Virus record (IMG/VR): IMGVR_UViG_3300032257_000067
Location: 1-35,774 of that record
Strand: one strand, 5' to 3'
From: a virus
Lineage: Duplodnaviria; Caudoviricetes
Length of the DNA stretch: 35,774 nucleotides
In this document: one piece after another, positions 25,905-34,409 of the stretch
How the letters are laid out: each line of letters starts with the position of its first letter
Position numbering within the stretch: the first letter of the stretch is position 1
Notes under the pieces: model-generated
What the model saw: only the letters and a program-made list of their open reading frames with translations
Told to the model about the DNA's origin: nothing
Databases searched by the model: none
Position numbers and translations under genes: made by a program

Positions 25905-26060
25905 CTAGAAAAAAGGTTGTTCTTTAATTTCTTCAATGGCTGATTCTTTTAGTGTTTGTTCGCGCACAATAATTTCCAGCCCTTTGCTTTCGATTATATA
26001 AACCGTTTCAGGCTTTAAGTCGGCTGAGGTAAATTCTGTCTTTTCACCTAAGCTGTACAT
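25905..26060 (-). CDS. Hypothetical 51-aa protein ending AIEEIKEQPFF
   Basis: AGGAG RBS; hand translation. Confidence 0.5.
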   Translation of the reverse strand: MYSLGEKTEFTSADLKPETVYIIESKGLEIIVREQTLKESAIEEIKEQPFF

Positions 26061-26072
26061 GACTCTCTCCTG

Positions 26073-26327
26073 TTACTCACCAAACAATACGTGCTTATTT
26101 TTAATAAAAAATTCAATTGTTTCTGATGGTGAATCCAAATACTCAAGGTTTACAAAATGCACCACCCACGAATCCCGTTTTAAATCAAAATAACTAACGA
26201 CACCCTCTAAAAATTGCCCAATAGATGTGCCAGTTAAATTTTGATAAAAATCTTCTTCAAGTAGCGGGTCTAGGCCGCTTGAATACATCATTGCTTTTAT
26301 GATTTCTGTTAATTGTTTGTTAGTCAT
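26073..26327 (-). CDS. Hypothetical protein
   Basis: AAGGA RBS before ATG 26327 (MTNKQL). Confidence 0.55.
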   Translation of the reverse strand: MTNKQLTEIIKAMMYSSGLDPLLEEDFYQNLTGTSIGQFLEGVVSYFDLKRDSWVVHFVNLEYLDSPSETIEFFIKNKHVLFGE

Positions 26328-26525
26328 ATCATTATCCTTTGTTAAAGGGTGGCTGGGTGCTGACGCTGCGTCCAACTGCACAGCTTTCATCGTTTATACT
26401 CGCAGGCAATTAAGCCCCTCTTAATCAGCACCCTGCTCCGTAAAGGGTGGGCTGTCTGATTTTAGCCCCGAACGGTTGCCCTTCGGTCATTACCCACATG
26501 CGCATTTTCAGACAACCCATAACAC

Positions 26526-26789
26526 TTACTTAACTACACACGTACTCTTTTCGTTGGTGTAATTCGTGCCAGGCTTTGGCGCGGTCTTGCTAATAGTGCA
26601 GGTGTACTTGTTTTGCTGGATGGCATACGCCACGACCAACGCAACCGCTGCACCTGCGACAAACTGCGATCCACCTGACAGGTTAGAGAAGCCGCCGCTA
26701 CCTGTTACAACTGGCATTTTCTCAGCCGTGGCACTGGCGGAACCGATTAAACCTATTGATAAAACTACTGTTAAGATTGCTTTTTTCAT
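26526..26789 (-). CDS. Signal-peptide/membrane protein
   Basis: MKKAILTVVLSIGLIGSASA signal peptide and a second hydrophobic helix. Confidence 0.6.
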   Translation of the reverse strand: MKKAILTVVLSIGLIGSASATAEKMPVVTGSGGFSNLSGGSQFVAGAAVALVVAYAIQQNKYTCTISKTAPKPGTNYTNEKSTCVVK

Positions 26790-26791
26790 TT

Positions 26792-26989
26792 CTACTTCCT
26801 CTTTGGTTGTTTGCCCATTATGGACGAATAAAGGAACGACCAGTCTAGGCCATCCTCATAGTTAAAACTTCCCTTGCAGTGCCGTTCCCGGCTTAGCTTG
26901 TTAGTACATTTCCTGCATACCAAGTTACCAGGGCGGAACATATCGTCCGGTTTAGTCTCTTGGCATTTTGTACAGGTCTTAAACTTCAT
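26792..26989 (-). CDS. Small zinc-finger protein
   Basis: KTCTKC..TK....F......CRKC. Confidence 0.65.
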   Translation of the reverse strand: MKFKTCTKCQETKPDDMFRPGNLVCRKCTNKLSRERHCKGSFNYEDGLDWSFLYSSIMGKQPKRK

Positions 26990-27830
26990 GCTTTGCCATA
27001 CCTTCTCGGTACTTAGCTAAGGCTTCTCTAAATTCATCCGACCCCATCAGCTTTTTCTCTGACAAGTCAAAACAGCCGCCCTTAGTGGGTGCAACGGCTA
27101 GATCCTGATAGACCGCCATATCTGTGCAGACTTCCCCCCAGGCTTCCGCTGCAACGTCCATTTCTCCCTCTGCTAATGCCCGTTTAATGGTTAGCACAGT
27201 ATCAATGTTATCCATGACTGTTTTCATTTGCTGGGAGAAGCGGCGATATAACACCCCTTCATCAACTTGGTGGCGCCCAGCATCAGCCCCGTCGTTATCC
27301 TCATCTCCGGTCGAAATTCCAAAAACGTTACAGAAAGCATAACGTTTTGCGAACGTACTAGCCGACCCGGCCTTTTGCGCGTCTGACATAAACGATCCCT
27401 GATCGATTGGAATAGAGAAACATGAATCTTGAGCATAACCACCGATATGGTAAGCATCGCAGCAAATCTTGACCTCATCCGATCCCGGTACGGTCTTGAA
27501 GGTGTAGCTGAATCCATGCTTTTGTAGGATTGGGCCCACCTGCTTAATAATGCTTTCAAGTGGTGCGTAGCTATACCGCTTAGTCCCTTTGACCATGACG
27601 TCCTTATCTTTCTTGATCACAGGGCAATCCGCCTGGAAGTCGGCAAGGGAAGCAAAAAACATTTCTCGCGCTCTTTCCTGCTTTAATTCCCGGCGCATGT
27701 CTAACAGCCTTTCCATAGTCTCCACGCTTGCGCCTTTGTCTACTGCTTGTGACAGCATGGCGAATGGATCAAAGGCTAAGACAGGCTCTAAGGGCGTGTC
27801 GTTAATATTAGTTAATTCTGATTTGCTCAT
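26979..27830 (-). CDS. erf: ERF-family single-strand annealing protein
   Basis: YSYAPLESI, PILQKHG, QKAGSASTFAKRYAFCNVFGISTGDEDNDG. Confidence 0.9.
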   Translation of the reverse strand: MSKSELTNINDTPLEPVLAFDPFAMLSQAVDKGASVETMERLLDMRRELKQERAREMFFASLADFQADCPVIKKDKDVMVKGTKRYSYAPLESIIKQVGPILQKHGFSYTFKTVPGSDEVKICCDAYHIGGYAQDSCFSIPIDQGSFMSDAQKAGSASTFAKRYAFCNVFGISTGDEDNDGADAGRHQVDEGVLYRRFSQQMKTVMDNIDTVLTIKRALAEGEMDVAAEAWGEVCTDMAVYQDLAVAPTKGGCFDLSEKKLMGSDEFREALAKYREGMAKHEV

Positions 27831-27982
27831 ATCAAACCCCCCGTCATTAACTTAAACCACAGCCAGCCAATAAAGAAGCCGATCCCAATTAATATCGCCA
27901 AGCCTAACGCGGTAGCACTAAACGATTCATGCCTTACGGAATAACCGTTGTCTATTAGTTTTTGCTTATAGTCTTGTTTCAT
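27827..27982 (-). CDS. Small membrane protein (51 aa)
   Basis: MKQDYKQKL...LGLAILIGIGFFIGWLWF; ATGA overlap with erf. Confidence 0.55.
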   Translation of the reverse strand: MKQDYKQKLIDNGYSVRHESFSATALGLAILIGIGFFIGWLWFKLMTGGLI

Positions 27983-27983
27983 G

Positions 27984-28217
27984 TTAATCCCCTTGCTTGT
28001 CTACTCTTACCGTGATGGTGCCATCAAGCGTCATACAGTACCTTTCTAGCCCGACTGAGACCCTGTGCTCTGGGTAACCTTCTCGTAAGCATTCCGCCTC
28101 TGTATATATACTAACGGGCGTCCAGATAAAAAACGTATATGCAACAGAAAGCCCAATTAATCCCCAAAACCCCCAGGATAAAGCGTTATATAGAGCTTTA
28201 TAGATATGCTTTTTCAT
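27984..28217 (-). CDS. Small membrane protein
   Basis: TM helix followed by ECLREGYP...YC; ATG 28217. Confidence 0.55.
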   Translation of the reverse strand: MKKHIYKALYNALSWGFWGLIGLSVAYTFFIWTPVSIYTEAECLREGYPEHRVSVGLERYCMTLDGTITVRVDKQGD

Positions 28218-28468
28218 ACCACTTCCCCTCTCGCTAATTCGTAGGCTTTCGCCTCGCAATAATCGTAGTATTTATTATTTAACTTAATCCCAACGCCGAG
28301 CGGCGAATCCTTCACTAGTAATTCATGGATCAATTCAGCGCCAGTAGTATACGGGAACTCTTCGGCCAGCCACTCCACAAACTCAGGGAAGCTTTCAAAC
28401 AGCTCGGCTCTGATCTCTTCGGCCCTTCGATCTAGTGCCATTTCTTGCTCTGTTAATTCAACCGCCAT
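28214..28468 (-). CDS. Hypothetical acidic protein
   Basis: AAGGGG RBS; 84 aa. Confidence 0.6.
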   Translation of the reverse strand: MAVELTEQEMALDRRAEEIRAELFESFPEFVEWLAEEFPYTTGAELIHELLVKDSPLGVGIKLNNKYYDYCEAKAYELARGEVV

Positions 28469-28480
28469 TTTCTACCCCTT

Positions 28481-28497
28481 GCCCCTTTCGGGGCTTT
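28481..28497. other. Short GC hairpin GCCCC-TTTC-GGGGC between early genes
   Basis: Perfect 5-bp stem; GAAA tetraloop on the minus strand. Confidence 0.5.
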
Positions 28498-28502
28498 GCT
28501 GT

Positions 28503-28733
28503 TTAGTGTTTAATTATTGCAAACCCATGTTCGATATTGTTATAAATCTCTAGGTATTCATTCTCTTTTTTAAGAAGCGTTATTTGATCATCAGTCAGCG
28601 CATCAGTATGTGATACTGCTTGGCCCCATTCGCCGCTAGGCGTTTTTTTAGTTCGCACGCTAGGCAGTTTGCCGCGCCTTTTAATACCATTATTTTTAAG
28701 TAATGTTTTTAGTACTTTAGTCTGGTGGATCAT
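28503..28733 (-). CDS. First leftward early gene, hypothetical basic protein
   Basis: AAGGGGG RBS before ATG 28733. Confidence 0.55.
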   Translation of the reverse strand: MIHQTKVLKTLLKNNGIKRRGKLPSVRTKKTPSGEWGQAVSHTDALTDDQITLLKKENEYLEIYNNIEHGFAIIKH

Positions 28734-28775
28734 TTTCTTACCCCTTGTCTGCTTTATTCGTTTAGCCTGGAAACA

Positions 28776-28827
28776 ATTAAAACATAACACTTGACAGTTG
28801 TCAAGCCTTACGGTAAGATTTTCTTAC
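28776..28827. promoter_or_regulatory. Divergent early promoters and candidate operators
   Basis: Palindrome CTTGACA-GT-TGTCAAG (28790-28805). Rightward TTGACA-17-TAAGAT; leftward TTGACA-17-TTTAAT with extended TG. CTTAC/GTAAG inverted half-sites at 28807-28827. Confidence 0.75.
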
Positions 28828-28849
28828 AGTTAACTGAAAGGACAAAATA

Positions 28850-29005
28850 ATGAAGCGCGACAAATTTTTGGCACAATTCCACAAACGCTGGAATAGAGTG
28901 ATAAAGCTCAGAGAGAAGGGCAAGACTTGGCAGGAAATCGGCGACGCGCTAGGCGTATCCCGGCAACGTGCAGCCCAGCTATATAAGCAGGGCATAAACA
29001 AATAA
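28850..29005 (+). CDS. Small HTH regulator (Cro-like position), 51 aa
   Basis: LREKGKTWQEIGDALGVSRQRAAQL; AAGGA RBS; missed by the ORF track. Confidence 0.8.
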   Translation: MKRDKFLAQFHKRWNRVIKLREKGKTWQEIGDALGVSRQRAAQLYKQGINK

Positions 29006-29017
29006 CAGGAGAAAAAC

Positions 29018-29206
29018 ATGAACACAGAAATACTATTACTAACCCAAAAACTAGCCAAGTATCGGACTAACCACGTTTTACACTTGATTTTAAGCGTTGT
29101 AACGCTCGGGATCTGGCTCCCCCTTTGGTTAATCGTCGGCATTAGCAACAGCATAGAGTATGCCCGTATTGAGCGACAGGTAAGGAAGTTAGGACAACAG
29201 CAATGA
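29018..29206 (+). CDS. Small membrane protein
   Basis: TNHVLHLILSVVTLGIWLPLWLI motif; AGGAG RBS. Confidence 0.7.
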   Translation: MNTEILLLTQKLAKYRTNHVLHLILSVVTLGIWLPLWLIVGISNSIEYARIERQVRKLGQQQ

Positions 29207-29544
29207 GAGAGATTAAGTTTAGAGCGTGGTGGTATAACCAAAAGAAAATGGATAGTGACTTGTCTATTGAGCGTATAGCTAAAACTTATTCCATGCCTTT
29301 GGATTGGTGCAAACTAATGCAATACACCGGCCTCAAGGACAAGAATGGTGTTGAGATATATGAGGGGGATATTTTCCGAGCGCCGCATGATTTTGGCCCA
29401 GGTGGGTTTTCGGTTAGGACTTCAAGTGTTCCAACTGAACATAATTTTGATATTCAGTGGCAATATTGGAAGGTTAACGAGCTAGAAATCATCGGCAACA
29501 TCTACGAAAACCCTGAGCTATTAGAGGACAACAGCAATGAGTGA
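29203..29544 (+). CDS. YopX-family protein
   Basis: MREIKFRAW, LMQYTGLKDKNGVEIYEGDI, EIIGNIYENPELL. Confidence 0.9.
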   Translation: MREIKFRAWWYNQKKMDSDLSIERIAKTYSMPLDWCKLMQYTGLKDKNGVEIYEGDIFRAPHDFGPGGFSVRTSSVPTEHNFDIQWQYWKVNELEIIGNIYENPELLEDNSNE

Positions 29545-29968
29545 AATAAAGAAGCCCCCGGAGAAACCGAGGGCTATTTTCCACTTGCGCCTTAGCGATG
29601 GGTGGACTAGTCTTGTACCTGCGAAAGTAAGAAACTATGGAAAGATTATAGCCTATCAATTTCTGTTAATCCATAGCTTCTTATCTATATATCGCCACGG
29701 CCTCACAAGGCAAGGGCAAAAAATCTGTGCAGTTAAACCGGGACTGAGAACCGGCAAGCGGGGTTTGGCCTGGGAGTTAATAGCCCAGGAGCCGAGGTCG
29801 ACACTCGACACGCCCCCCAAGCAAGGCGCTGGCACACTTGGGATATTGTTTCAAAAAACGCTACCAGCAAGAAATGTACTTTTTTGGGTATGGTCGTTAA
29901 TACCTAAAAATCAAGATCAAAACCCGTTAACAGGAGAGAGTGATGGAAAAGTTAAAAATCGGAGATAA
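29537..29968 (+). CDS. Doubtful hypothetical ORF
   Basis: Open and coupled at the 5' end but with no recognisable motifs. Confidence 0.3.
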   Translation: MSEIKKPPEKPRAIFHLRLSDGWTSLVPAKVRNYGKIIAYQFLLIHSFLSIYRHGLTRQGQKICAVKPGLRTGKRGLAWELIAQEPRSTLDTPPKQGAGTLGILFQKTLPARNVLFWVWSLIPKNQDQNPLTGESDGKVKNRR

Positions 29969-30140
29969 GGTGAAAATCCAGAATTGCATGGAGGCCGATG
30001 GAAATGAAGATAAAATACTTACAGTTGCAGGGAATCCGAGAGACCTATGCGGAAGCGAGGTTGTTGCATTGGATAATGAGGACGGCTCAAGGTTCAGCTC
30101 ATCATTTTGCGCAGAGTTTATGGTAAAGGTTGATGTTTGA
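29940..30140 (+). CDS. Small SH3-like hypothetical protein
   Basis: AGGAG RBS; LKIGDKVKI. Confidence 0.6.
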   Translation: MMEKLKIGDKVKIQNCMEADGNEDKILTVAGNPRDLCGSEVVALDNEDGSRFSSSFCAEFMVKVDV

Positions 30141-30399
30141 CGAATTCTGGCAACACTACCCACGAAAAGAGGACAAGAAAAGAGCGCGGACCTCGTTTGA
30201 AAAGCTCAACCTTGAGCAACAGCGTAAAGCGATTGATGACTGTCAAACCAGATACATAGGAATAGAGCGATGTTTCATACCTCTGCCGACCACGTACCTG
30301 AATCGGGAACGGTTTGAGGACGATCCGATCCCCAGGCGTAAACAAGAGCCTGAAATAAGGGTAAGTCATGCTAGTCACAAAGAATATAAACCGAGTTAA
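30133..30399 (+). CDS. Replication-initiator C-terminal-like domain protein
   Basis: FDEFWQHYPRKEDKKRA...F, FIPLPTTYLNRERFEDD; lacks the usual N-terminal domain. Confidence 0.7.
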   Translation: MFDEFWQHYPRKEDKKRARTSFEKLNLEQQRKAIDDCQTRYIGIERCFIPLPTTYLNRERFEDDPIPRRKQEPEIRVSHASHKEYKPS

Positions 30400-30408
30400 G
30401 GGGAAATT

Positions 30409-31374
30409 ATGCAATTAATTAAATATGAAGCAGCAAGACAGGCGCTAGCAGAATGTGAAAGTCTTGATGAAATTAAAGACATTAGCGACAAAATGACTGC
30501 ACTTAAGTTATACGCAAAGCAAAAGCATGACACTGACATGGAATTTTGGATTGCTGAAATTAAGGTAAGAGCCGCTAGGCGGATTGGTGAGCTAACAAGA
30601 GAGATAGAAACTAAGCAGGGAACTAGGACAGAACTTAGTCCACCAAGCGGACCAAGTAAAAAAGAGGTATTGAAGCAAGCCGGGATTTCAAAACAAGAAG
30701 CGAGTCGATGTGAGCGAATAGCCTCTCTCTCTGATGATGTTATTGATGACTACATTGAAGAAAAAAAGAGCCAGAAAAAACCAGTAACCGCGACAGAAAT
30801 TCTTAAGACTGTAGCAGCCAAAAAGGTTAGAGAAGAGAAGATAGAAGAAATAGAAAAGGGCAATCAGGCTTTACCCGATTCGGTCTACTCGCTTTTGTAT
30901 GTTGATCCGCCCTGGCGCTATGAACACGTAAAAACAGAAAGCCGAGCGATAGAGAATCAATATCCCACTATGCCGCTTGAAGATATTAAAGCACTGGAAG
31001 TCCCTGCCGCCGATGATTGCATATTGTTTCTGTGGGCAACTTCCCCAAAGCTTGAAGAAAGTATGCAGGTCATTAACGCATGGGGATTCACTTACCGTAC
31101 ATGCGCGATATGGGATAAGCAAAAAATGGGAATGGGGTATTACTTTAGGCAGCAACACGAGCTTTTATTGATTGCGGTTAAGGGCAGCATTCCAACGCCA
31201 TTACCTGAAAATAGGCCCGCTAGTTTATTTAGCTTTCCGCGCGGCCAGCACAGCCAGAAACCCCATGAAGTTTATGAAATGATTGAGGCTATGTACCCCG
31301 AGATAAAAAAATGCGAGTTATTCGCCAGGAATGCCCGAGACAACTGGGACGCATGGGGGAATCAGAGTGCATAA
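30409..31374 (+). CDS. MT-A70-family adenine methyltransferase with helical/HTH N-terminal domain
   Basis: YVDPPW, YPTM, LFLWAT, WGFTY, HELLL, HSQKP, ELFAR, WGNQ. Confidence 0.92.
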   Translation: MQLIKYEAARQALAECESLDEIKDISDKMTALKLYAKQKHDTDMEFWIAEIKVRAARRIGELTREIETKQGTRTELSPPSGPSKKEVLKQAGISKQEASRCERIASLSDDVIDDYIEEKKSQKKPVTATEILKTVAAKKVREEKIEEIEKGNQALPDSVYSLLYVDPPWRYEHVKTESRAIENQYPTMPLEDIKALEVPAADDCILFLWATSPKLEESMQVINAWGFTYRTCAIWDKQKMGMGYYFRQQHELLLIAVKGSIPTPLPENRPASLFSFPRGQHSQKPHEVYEMIEAMYPEIKKCELFARNARDNWDAWGNQSA

Positions 31375-31900
31375 TTTCAGAGAATCACACGATCAATCGG
31401 AGCGCGATGCGGGCTGGTTTTTGCCTTTTTATAGAAAAATATGGCCTGATGCTAAACATTACCACAGGGTTAAAAATGTCCAGTGGCAGAAAAAAGGTAT
31501 AGATACGAGGATTGATTTTGAGGGCTTTTGGGTTGGCGTCGAAGAGAAGTTAAGGAGTAAATATCGGCCCGATGTCGCGCTTGAGGTATGGTCGAATTTT
31601 GAGGGGAAGGTTAAAGGGTGGGCGGTTAAAGATCAGGTCTCAACCTGGCTGGCTTATGGCTGGCAGGATGTTAATCGTCTTTTATTGCTTGAGTATCCTA
31701 CCCTGCAAGCGGTCTTAAGTGAAAACCGCCCAGAATGGCAAACACACGCAGAAAACAAAGAGGCCGGGTTTTTCTTAGCAAAAGCACAAAACCCCGGCTA
31801 TACCACAATTTCAATCTGTGTACCGTTGGCTATTATTTGTAAATATGTGCCTCACACATGGTGGGGCAATTATGATTTCTGGAGTCCGTATGAAGCCTAG
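31367..31900 (+). CDS. PD-(D/E)XK-like nuclease-fold protein
   Basis: QKKGID...VEEKLR...DVALE.WSN...GW; GTG 31367 overlaps the MTase end. Confidence 0.55.
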   Translation: MHNFRESHDQSERDAGWFLPFYRKIWPDAKHYHRVKNVQWQKKGIDTRIDFEGFWVGVEEKLRSKYRPDVALEVWSNFEGKVKGWAVKDQVSTWLAYGWQDVNRLLLLEYPTLQAVLSENRPEWQTHAENKEAGFFLAKAQNPGYTTISICVPLAIICKYVPHTWWGNYDFWSPYEA

Positions 31901-31932
31901 CGGATTGTTTGAATATAGGTTAAAGGTGAATT

Positions 31933-32100
31933 ATGAAGCCTAACGTTGAAGACCGGGAAAACTGTATATTTTGTGACCGGATTATACCCTCCAGCCCGCA
32001 CTATAAAACCCCGCGTTGGTGTAACACCTGTTGCAAGGACTGGCGCCGGGTATTTGGGACAACGATTAAGAGGCATGAGTTTAAGCATGTATCAAGTTAA
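31933..32100 (+). CDS. Small Cys-rich (CxxC..CxxC) protein, 55 aa
   Basis: AAGGTG RBS; MKPNVEDRENCIFCDR...WCNTCC; hand translation. Confidence 0.5.
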   Translation: MKPNVEDRENCIFCDRIIPSSPHYKTPRWCNTCCKDWRRVFGTTIKRHEFKHVSS

Positions 32101-32236
32101 ACCCACACAAGGCGGCTACCAGATAACCGGACAGGACGGGAAAGTGATCAACAGTGTGGTCAGGTGTACAAAGACCGGAAAGGCGCTGAAAGGCTGGCTG
32201 ACATACTTAGGGCGTTGTTTAAATGAAACGCACTGA
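32087..32236 (+). CDS. Hypothetical 49-aa protein
   Basis: 3' part of track ORF 31946-32236. Confidence 0.35.
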   Translation: MYQVKPTQGGYQITGQDGKVINSVVRCTKTGKALKGWLTYLGRCLNETH

Positions 32237-32537
32237 CCAACAAAACCGAGCGCTTCACCTCTATTTCAGGCTATTAGCCGACAAGCTAAACGCCAATGGA
32301 TTAGATATGAAAAAAGTCTTAAAGCCTGGCGTAGAGATTGCCTGGAATGAGGACATGGTGAAAAACTACCTCTGGCGACCAATTCAAACAGTACTAACCC
32401 AGAAGTTATCCACAACCGAGTTGACCAGTGGTGAGCCTGGTCGGATTTATGAGGTATTACAGGCGCACTTGAACGAGAAGTTTTGTGATTACGATATAGA
32501 CGTAGAATTTCCCCATATACCGGAGGATAGAGAATGA
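32223..32537 (+). CDS. NinB-like recombination protein
   Basis: KRTDQQNRALH, STTELT, VEFP. Confidence 0.7.
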   Translation: MKRTDQQNRALHLYFRLLADKLNANGLDMKKVLKPGVEIAWNEDMVKNYLWRPIQTVLTQKLSTTELTSGEPGRIYEVLQAHLNEKFCDYDIDVEFPHIPEDRE

Positions 32538-32731
32538 TCTATAAATTTGATGATTTCAAAGAATGCCCAAAATGCGGTGAGAATATCACTGGTACAAAAT
32601 GGGTCCCTGTACGCTACGCTAGCCTCCCAGGTCTTAGCTTTTGTGTGCCGGAGCACTTGGAAAAAACATGCACAAGATGCGGATTTATTTGGAAAAATAA
32701 GCCTAATGATTATCAAGGGGATCAGGAATGA
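32534..32731 (+). CDS. Zinc-ribbon protein
   Basis: CPKCG...EHLEKTCTRCGFIW. Confidence 0.65.
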   Translation: MIYKFDDFKECPKCGENITGTKWVPVRYASLPGLSFCVPEHLEKTCTRCGFIWKNKPNDYQGDQE

Positions 32732-32732
32732 C

Positions 32733-33164
32733 ATGGCGAAAAAAAACCTTAGCTACTACAAAAAGAAACTATGGAGGCTGACAAGTGAGTACGTTAGAAA
32801 ACGAGATTGTGCAGAATTTCAAGCTGGCGAAGGCAAAGGCATGGGTTCGGAGGTGTCAAAATGCTGTACTTGCGGGCGGATCGACTCATGGAAATCCCTG
32901 CAAGCCGGACACTTTATCCCCCGAGCCCAAGGAAACGCCACCTATTTCGACCTCAGAAATATCCACTCCCAGTGTTACCGCTGCAATATTAATCTCGGTG
33001 GTAACGGGGCGGAGTACTACCCTTATATGGCAGGGCGGTACGGTGAGAAAGTGGTGGATGAGCTTCGACAACTAAGCCGAACCACGGTCAAATTTACGAT
33101 AGCGGATTATCAAGAAATGATCGAAGACATGAAAAGCAAAATAAAGGACTTAGACAGTGACTAA
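32733..33164 (+). CDS. ninG: NinG/Rap-like endonuclease
   Basis: YVRKRD, CCTCG, AGHF, NIHSQCYRCN...GN..EY, RYG...V. Confidence 0.85.
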   Translation: MAKKNLSYYKKKLWRLTSEYVRKRDCAEFQAGEGKGMGSEVSKCCTCGRIDSWKSLQAGHFIPRAQGNATYFDLRNIHSQCYRCNINLGGNGAEYYPYMAGRYGEKVVDELRQLSRTTVKFTIADYQEMIEDMKSKIKDLDSD

Positions 33165-33363
33165 CCGCCAAACATGGGACTTTATTGCCCTGTTATTTAT
33201 AACAATATTAACCTATCCGTTTATGGTCAATGCAGTCATAAACCCTGTCTATGCTTATGAACTATACTTACTCTGGACGATTATTCTGGTGATAGCCATA
33301 GCATGGGTAGATCAGGTTTACATTATCAAGGATCTTGTATGGACTCAGAAATCAAACAACTAA
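33157..33363 (+). CDS. Two-TM membrane protein
   Basis: Two hydrophobic helices. Confidence 0.55.
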   Translation: MTNRQTWDFIALLFITILTYPFMVNAVINPVYAYELYLLWTIILVIAIAWVDQVYIIKDLVWTQKSNN

Positions 33364-33527
33364 GGGCAGACGTTGAGGCATTCAAGGCCGAGATGATGCG
33401 CGAAAACCGCACCACAACCCACAAGGCCGAGACAGCACAAGAAAATATCAATATTGTGGTTGAAATGCTGCTTTCCCTGGGGCTGATTAGCGAGGACGAT
33501 TTCCCGGCAGAAGAGACAGAACACTAA
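33339..33527 (+). CDS. Hypothetical coiled-coil protein
   Basis: AAGGA RBS; TAATG coupling to the next gene. Confidence 0.55.
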   Translation: MDSEIKQLRADVEAFKAEMMRENRTTTHKAETAQENINIVVEMLLSLGLISEDDFPAEETEH

Positions 33528-33739
33528 TGACCGCTAAAATCATTCCTTTCCCGGTTAAAGACGACTCTCTGAAAGGGGTGATCGAGAAGTTGCGCGACCC
33601 TAATCAGAAAATCGTTTTCTGGTTTCATGATTGTGCTAAGACAGGGCGGAAAGGTATGAAGATTATCAGGGGCTTCGCTTGCCGTGATTGCGGGGCGGTG
33701 GCAATAGGCAACCATTTGGGACCATACGAGAAGACATGA
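33527..33739 (+). CDS. Hypothetical Cys/His protein
   Basis: AKIIPFP, HDC...CRDC; coupled at both ends. Confidence 0.55.
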   Translation: MTAKIIPFPVKDDSLKGVIEKLRDPNQKIVFWFHDCAKTGRKGMKIIRGFACRDCGAVAIGNHLGPYEKT

Positions 33740-34095
33740 GGCGCAAAGAATTTGACAGCCTGCTAATGGATTGGTGTGCGTTAGTCGCTGAAATCACTAC
33801 AGACTCGGCCTACCCTTCAAGCACTACCCTGCATCGGTGTATTGAATTAGGCGCTCAAGGGGCCGCTATCAGAGCAGGGGGGCGAATAGAGTCGAATTAC
33901 TGGCCTAAACATAACTTGATCTTGATTAATAACGCGGTTGAGACTTTACCGTTAGACGATAAGAATATTCTAATCATGAAACGGGTCATGGGCTTTGGTT
34001 GGGCCGAGATAGCCAAGCGTTTTAATGTGCAAAGATGGAATATAAGAAACCGCATAGACTCGATTGAAAATACATTATATAAACAGTTGAAATAA
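33736..34095 (+). CDS. Late-gene regulator (Q antiterminator / sigma70 region 4-like)
   Basis: LLMDW..YPS, NAVETLP....IL, GWAEIAKRFNV HTH; last gene before a terminator and the late operon. Confidence 0.65.
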   Translation: MRRKEFDSLLMDWCALVAEITTDSAYPSSTTLHRCIELGAQGAAIRAGGRIESNYWPKHNLILINNAVETLPLDDKNILIMKRVMGFGWAEIAKRFNVQRWNIRNRIDSIENTLYKQLK

Positions 34096-34165
34096 CCGCA
34101 CACTTTGCTAATATTCAATAATATCTATTTCTACCCCCTGTAATATCGCTCAATCCTGAATTTAT

Positions 34166-34187
34166 CCCGCTTCGGCGGGCTTTTTTT
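34166..34187 (+). terminator. Rho-independent terminator
   Basis: CCCGC-TTCG-GCGGG followed by C and T7. Confidence 0.85.
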
Positions 34188-34199
34188 GCAGGTGATGCT

Positions 34200-34289
34200 A
34201 TGTCAACCTTTCATCAAATTATCGGGCTTATTTTTGTGTATCTCTTTTACGCGCTGATGATCAGCGTCATGTATGGGCGCATGGGGTGA
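34200..34289 (+). CDS. 29-aa single-TM peptide
   Basis: AGGTGA RBS; MSTFHQIIGLIFVYLFYALMISVMYGRMG. Confidence 0.4.
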   Translation: MSTFHQIIGLIFVYLFYALMISVMYGRMG

Positions 34290-34409
34290 GCTATTTAATC
34301 GAAGATTGGCTAAAAAACAGAGAAACCCCGGAAAGAAAGGGGCATATTGCTACCAATGCCAGGGGCAGAGACTTAAAAACCCTTTTCAAGAAATTACAGG
34401 ATAAACTTT

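Noticed and set aside
26352-26436. Hammerhead ribozyme or tRNA
   Set aside because: The CTGATTA, GAAA and GTC elements do not fit the canonical CUGANGA/GAAA/UH geometry, and I saw no T-loop or anticodon cloverleaf.
28801-29241. Minus-strand 146-aa ORF as a CI repressor
   Set aside because: It has no HTH or peptidase motifs and is the shadow of two well-supported plus-strand genes.
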